Virus record (IMG/VR): IMGVR_UViG_3300046660_000364
Coordinates: 2,201-66,200 of that record
Length of the DNA: 64,000 nucleotides
Reading direction: 5' to 3' (one strand)
Origin: a virus
Taxonomy: Duplodnaviria; Caudoviricetes
Shown: positions 63,428 to 64,000 of the stretch, one piece after another
Layout: the number at the start of each line of letters is the position of its first letter
How positions within the stretch are numbered: the first letter of the stretch is position 1
Notes under the pieces: generated by a model
The model's input: only the letters and a program-made list of their open reading frames with translations
The model's database searches: none
Told to the model about the DNA's origin: nothing
Program-made: the position numbers and the translations under genes

Positions 63428-63434
63428 GGGAACC

Positions 63435-63623
63435 TCAGACGAGTTTCAGGGTGTTCAGGACATGGTCGATGGCGCGGTCGACCTGCTGCGGAGTCGGGGT
63501 GGCGCCGATGATCGGGTCGATCAGCGCCGCGAGCTGGTCCTGGCGGGCCTCGCTGGCGCACAGCATTTCGCGCACCAGGCGGTAGCGCTTGGCATCCTGC
63601 TCGTTCACTTCGAGTTGGTTCAT
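63435..63623 (-). CDS. Hypothetical protein
   Basis: DAKRYR..VDRAID motif. Confidence 0.65.
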   Translation of the reverse strand: MNQLEVNEQDAKRYRLVREMLCASEARQDQLAALIDPIIGATPTPQQVDRAIDHVLNTLKLV

Positions 63624-63955
63624 GTGGTCTCCAGGATGTCGATGTTGAAAACGTATTTCATGAGGTGGCGCTTGATCTTGTAGACCGGGGTCAATATTCC
63701 CTTGACGTCCTCGACCACGGTCTTGCCGTCCACCTCGTAGACGAAGTCGGCGATGTAGCGCAGCGCCGGGGTGGCGCGCCGGCTGCCGAGGATGCGCACC
63801 GGCGGCACCAGCTCGAACTTGACCTGGCGGCGCAGGTTCGTGATCTCGCCGGTCTGCTCCATCTCCACCAGCACCAGGTAGCGGCGCGCCTCGGCCCGCG
63901 AGTCGAACGGGATGCCGCCGATCACGGTCTTGACGTTGTGGAACTTGCGGCCCAT
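63620..63955 (-). CDS. DUF1064-family PD-(D/E)xK protein
   Basis: FDS.AEA.RY..L.RQVKFEL..Y.ADFVY..VVEDVKG..YK.KR.LM. Confidence 0.85.
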   Translation of the reverse strand: MGRKFHNVKTVIGGIPFDSRAEARRYLVLVEMEQTGEITNLRRQVKFELVPPVRILGSRRATPALRYIADFVYEVDGKTVVEDVKGILTPVYKIKRHLMKYVFNIDILETT

Positions 63956-64000
63956 CAGTAATCCTTCGGCGCGGCGCGCACGGTCAGGCGGGTTGGCAGG

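Overview
The whole window reads as one high-GC phage or prophage segment, most likely a podovirus-type virus; no host genes, att site or lysis cassette are visible. The minus strand carries, from right to left: DUF1064 and a Q-like antiterminator; an accessory fibre/spike module (56-62 kb); terS, terL and a serine recombinase; a carbohydrate-lyase-like protein; a portal with a long C-terminal extension; scaffold and N4-gp56-type major capsid; a methyltransferase-GT9 fusion; adaptor and tail genes; and three putative ejection proteins. It ends in a giant polyvalent protein of at least 5130 aa (15392 to <1) that is absent from the ORF track because it runs off the window; it contains InPase-like, DUF6884-like, LPD1/HExxH, N6-adenine MTase and strawberry-notch helicase domains. 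Two plus-strand islands of small genes (42.5-46.2 kb and 49.4-56.0 kb) interrupt this arrangement. The most striking unexplained signals are: (1) a covarying double-hairpin plus RBS element repeated four times at about 1 kb spacing in the radC island; (2) four small genes sharing an N-terminal SRNQREG[RY]Y[AV]G peptide with unrelated bodies; (3) a 130-aa gene with its own RBS nested out of frame inside the giant ORF; (4) repeated YxxGGL-type motifs segmenting the portal extension and recurring in the giant protein; (5) toxin-less, DNA-binding-domain-less antitoxin fragments. All family assignments come from motif recognition by eye, not database searches.
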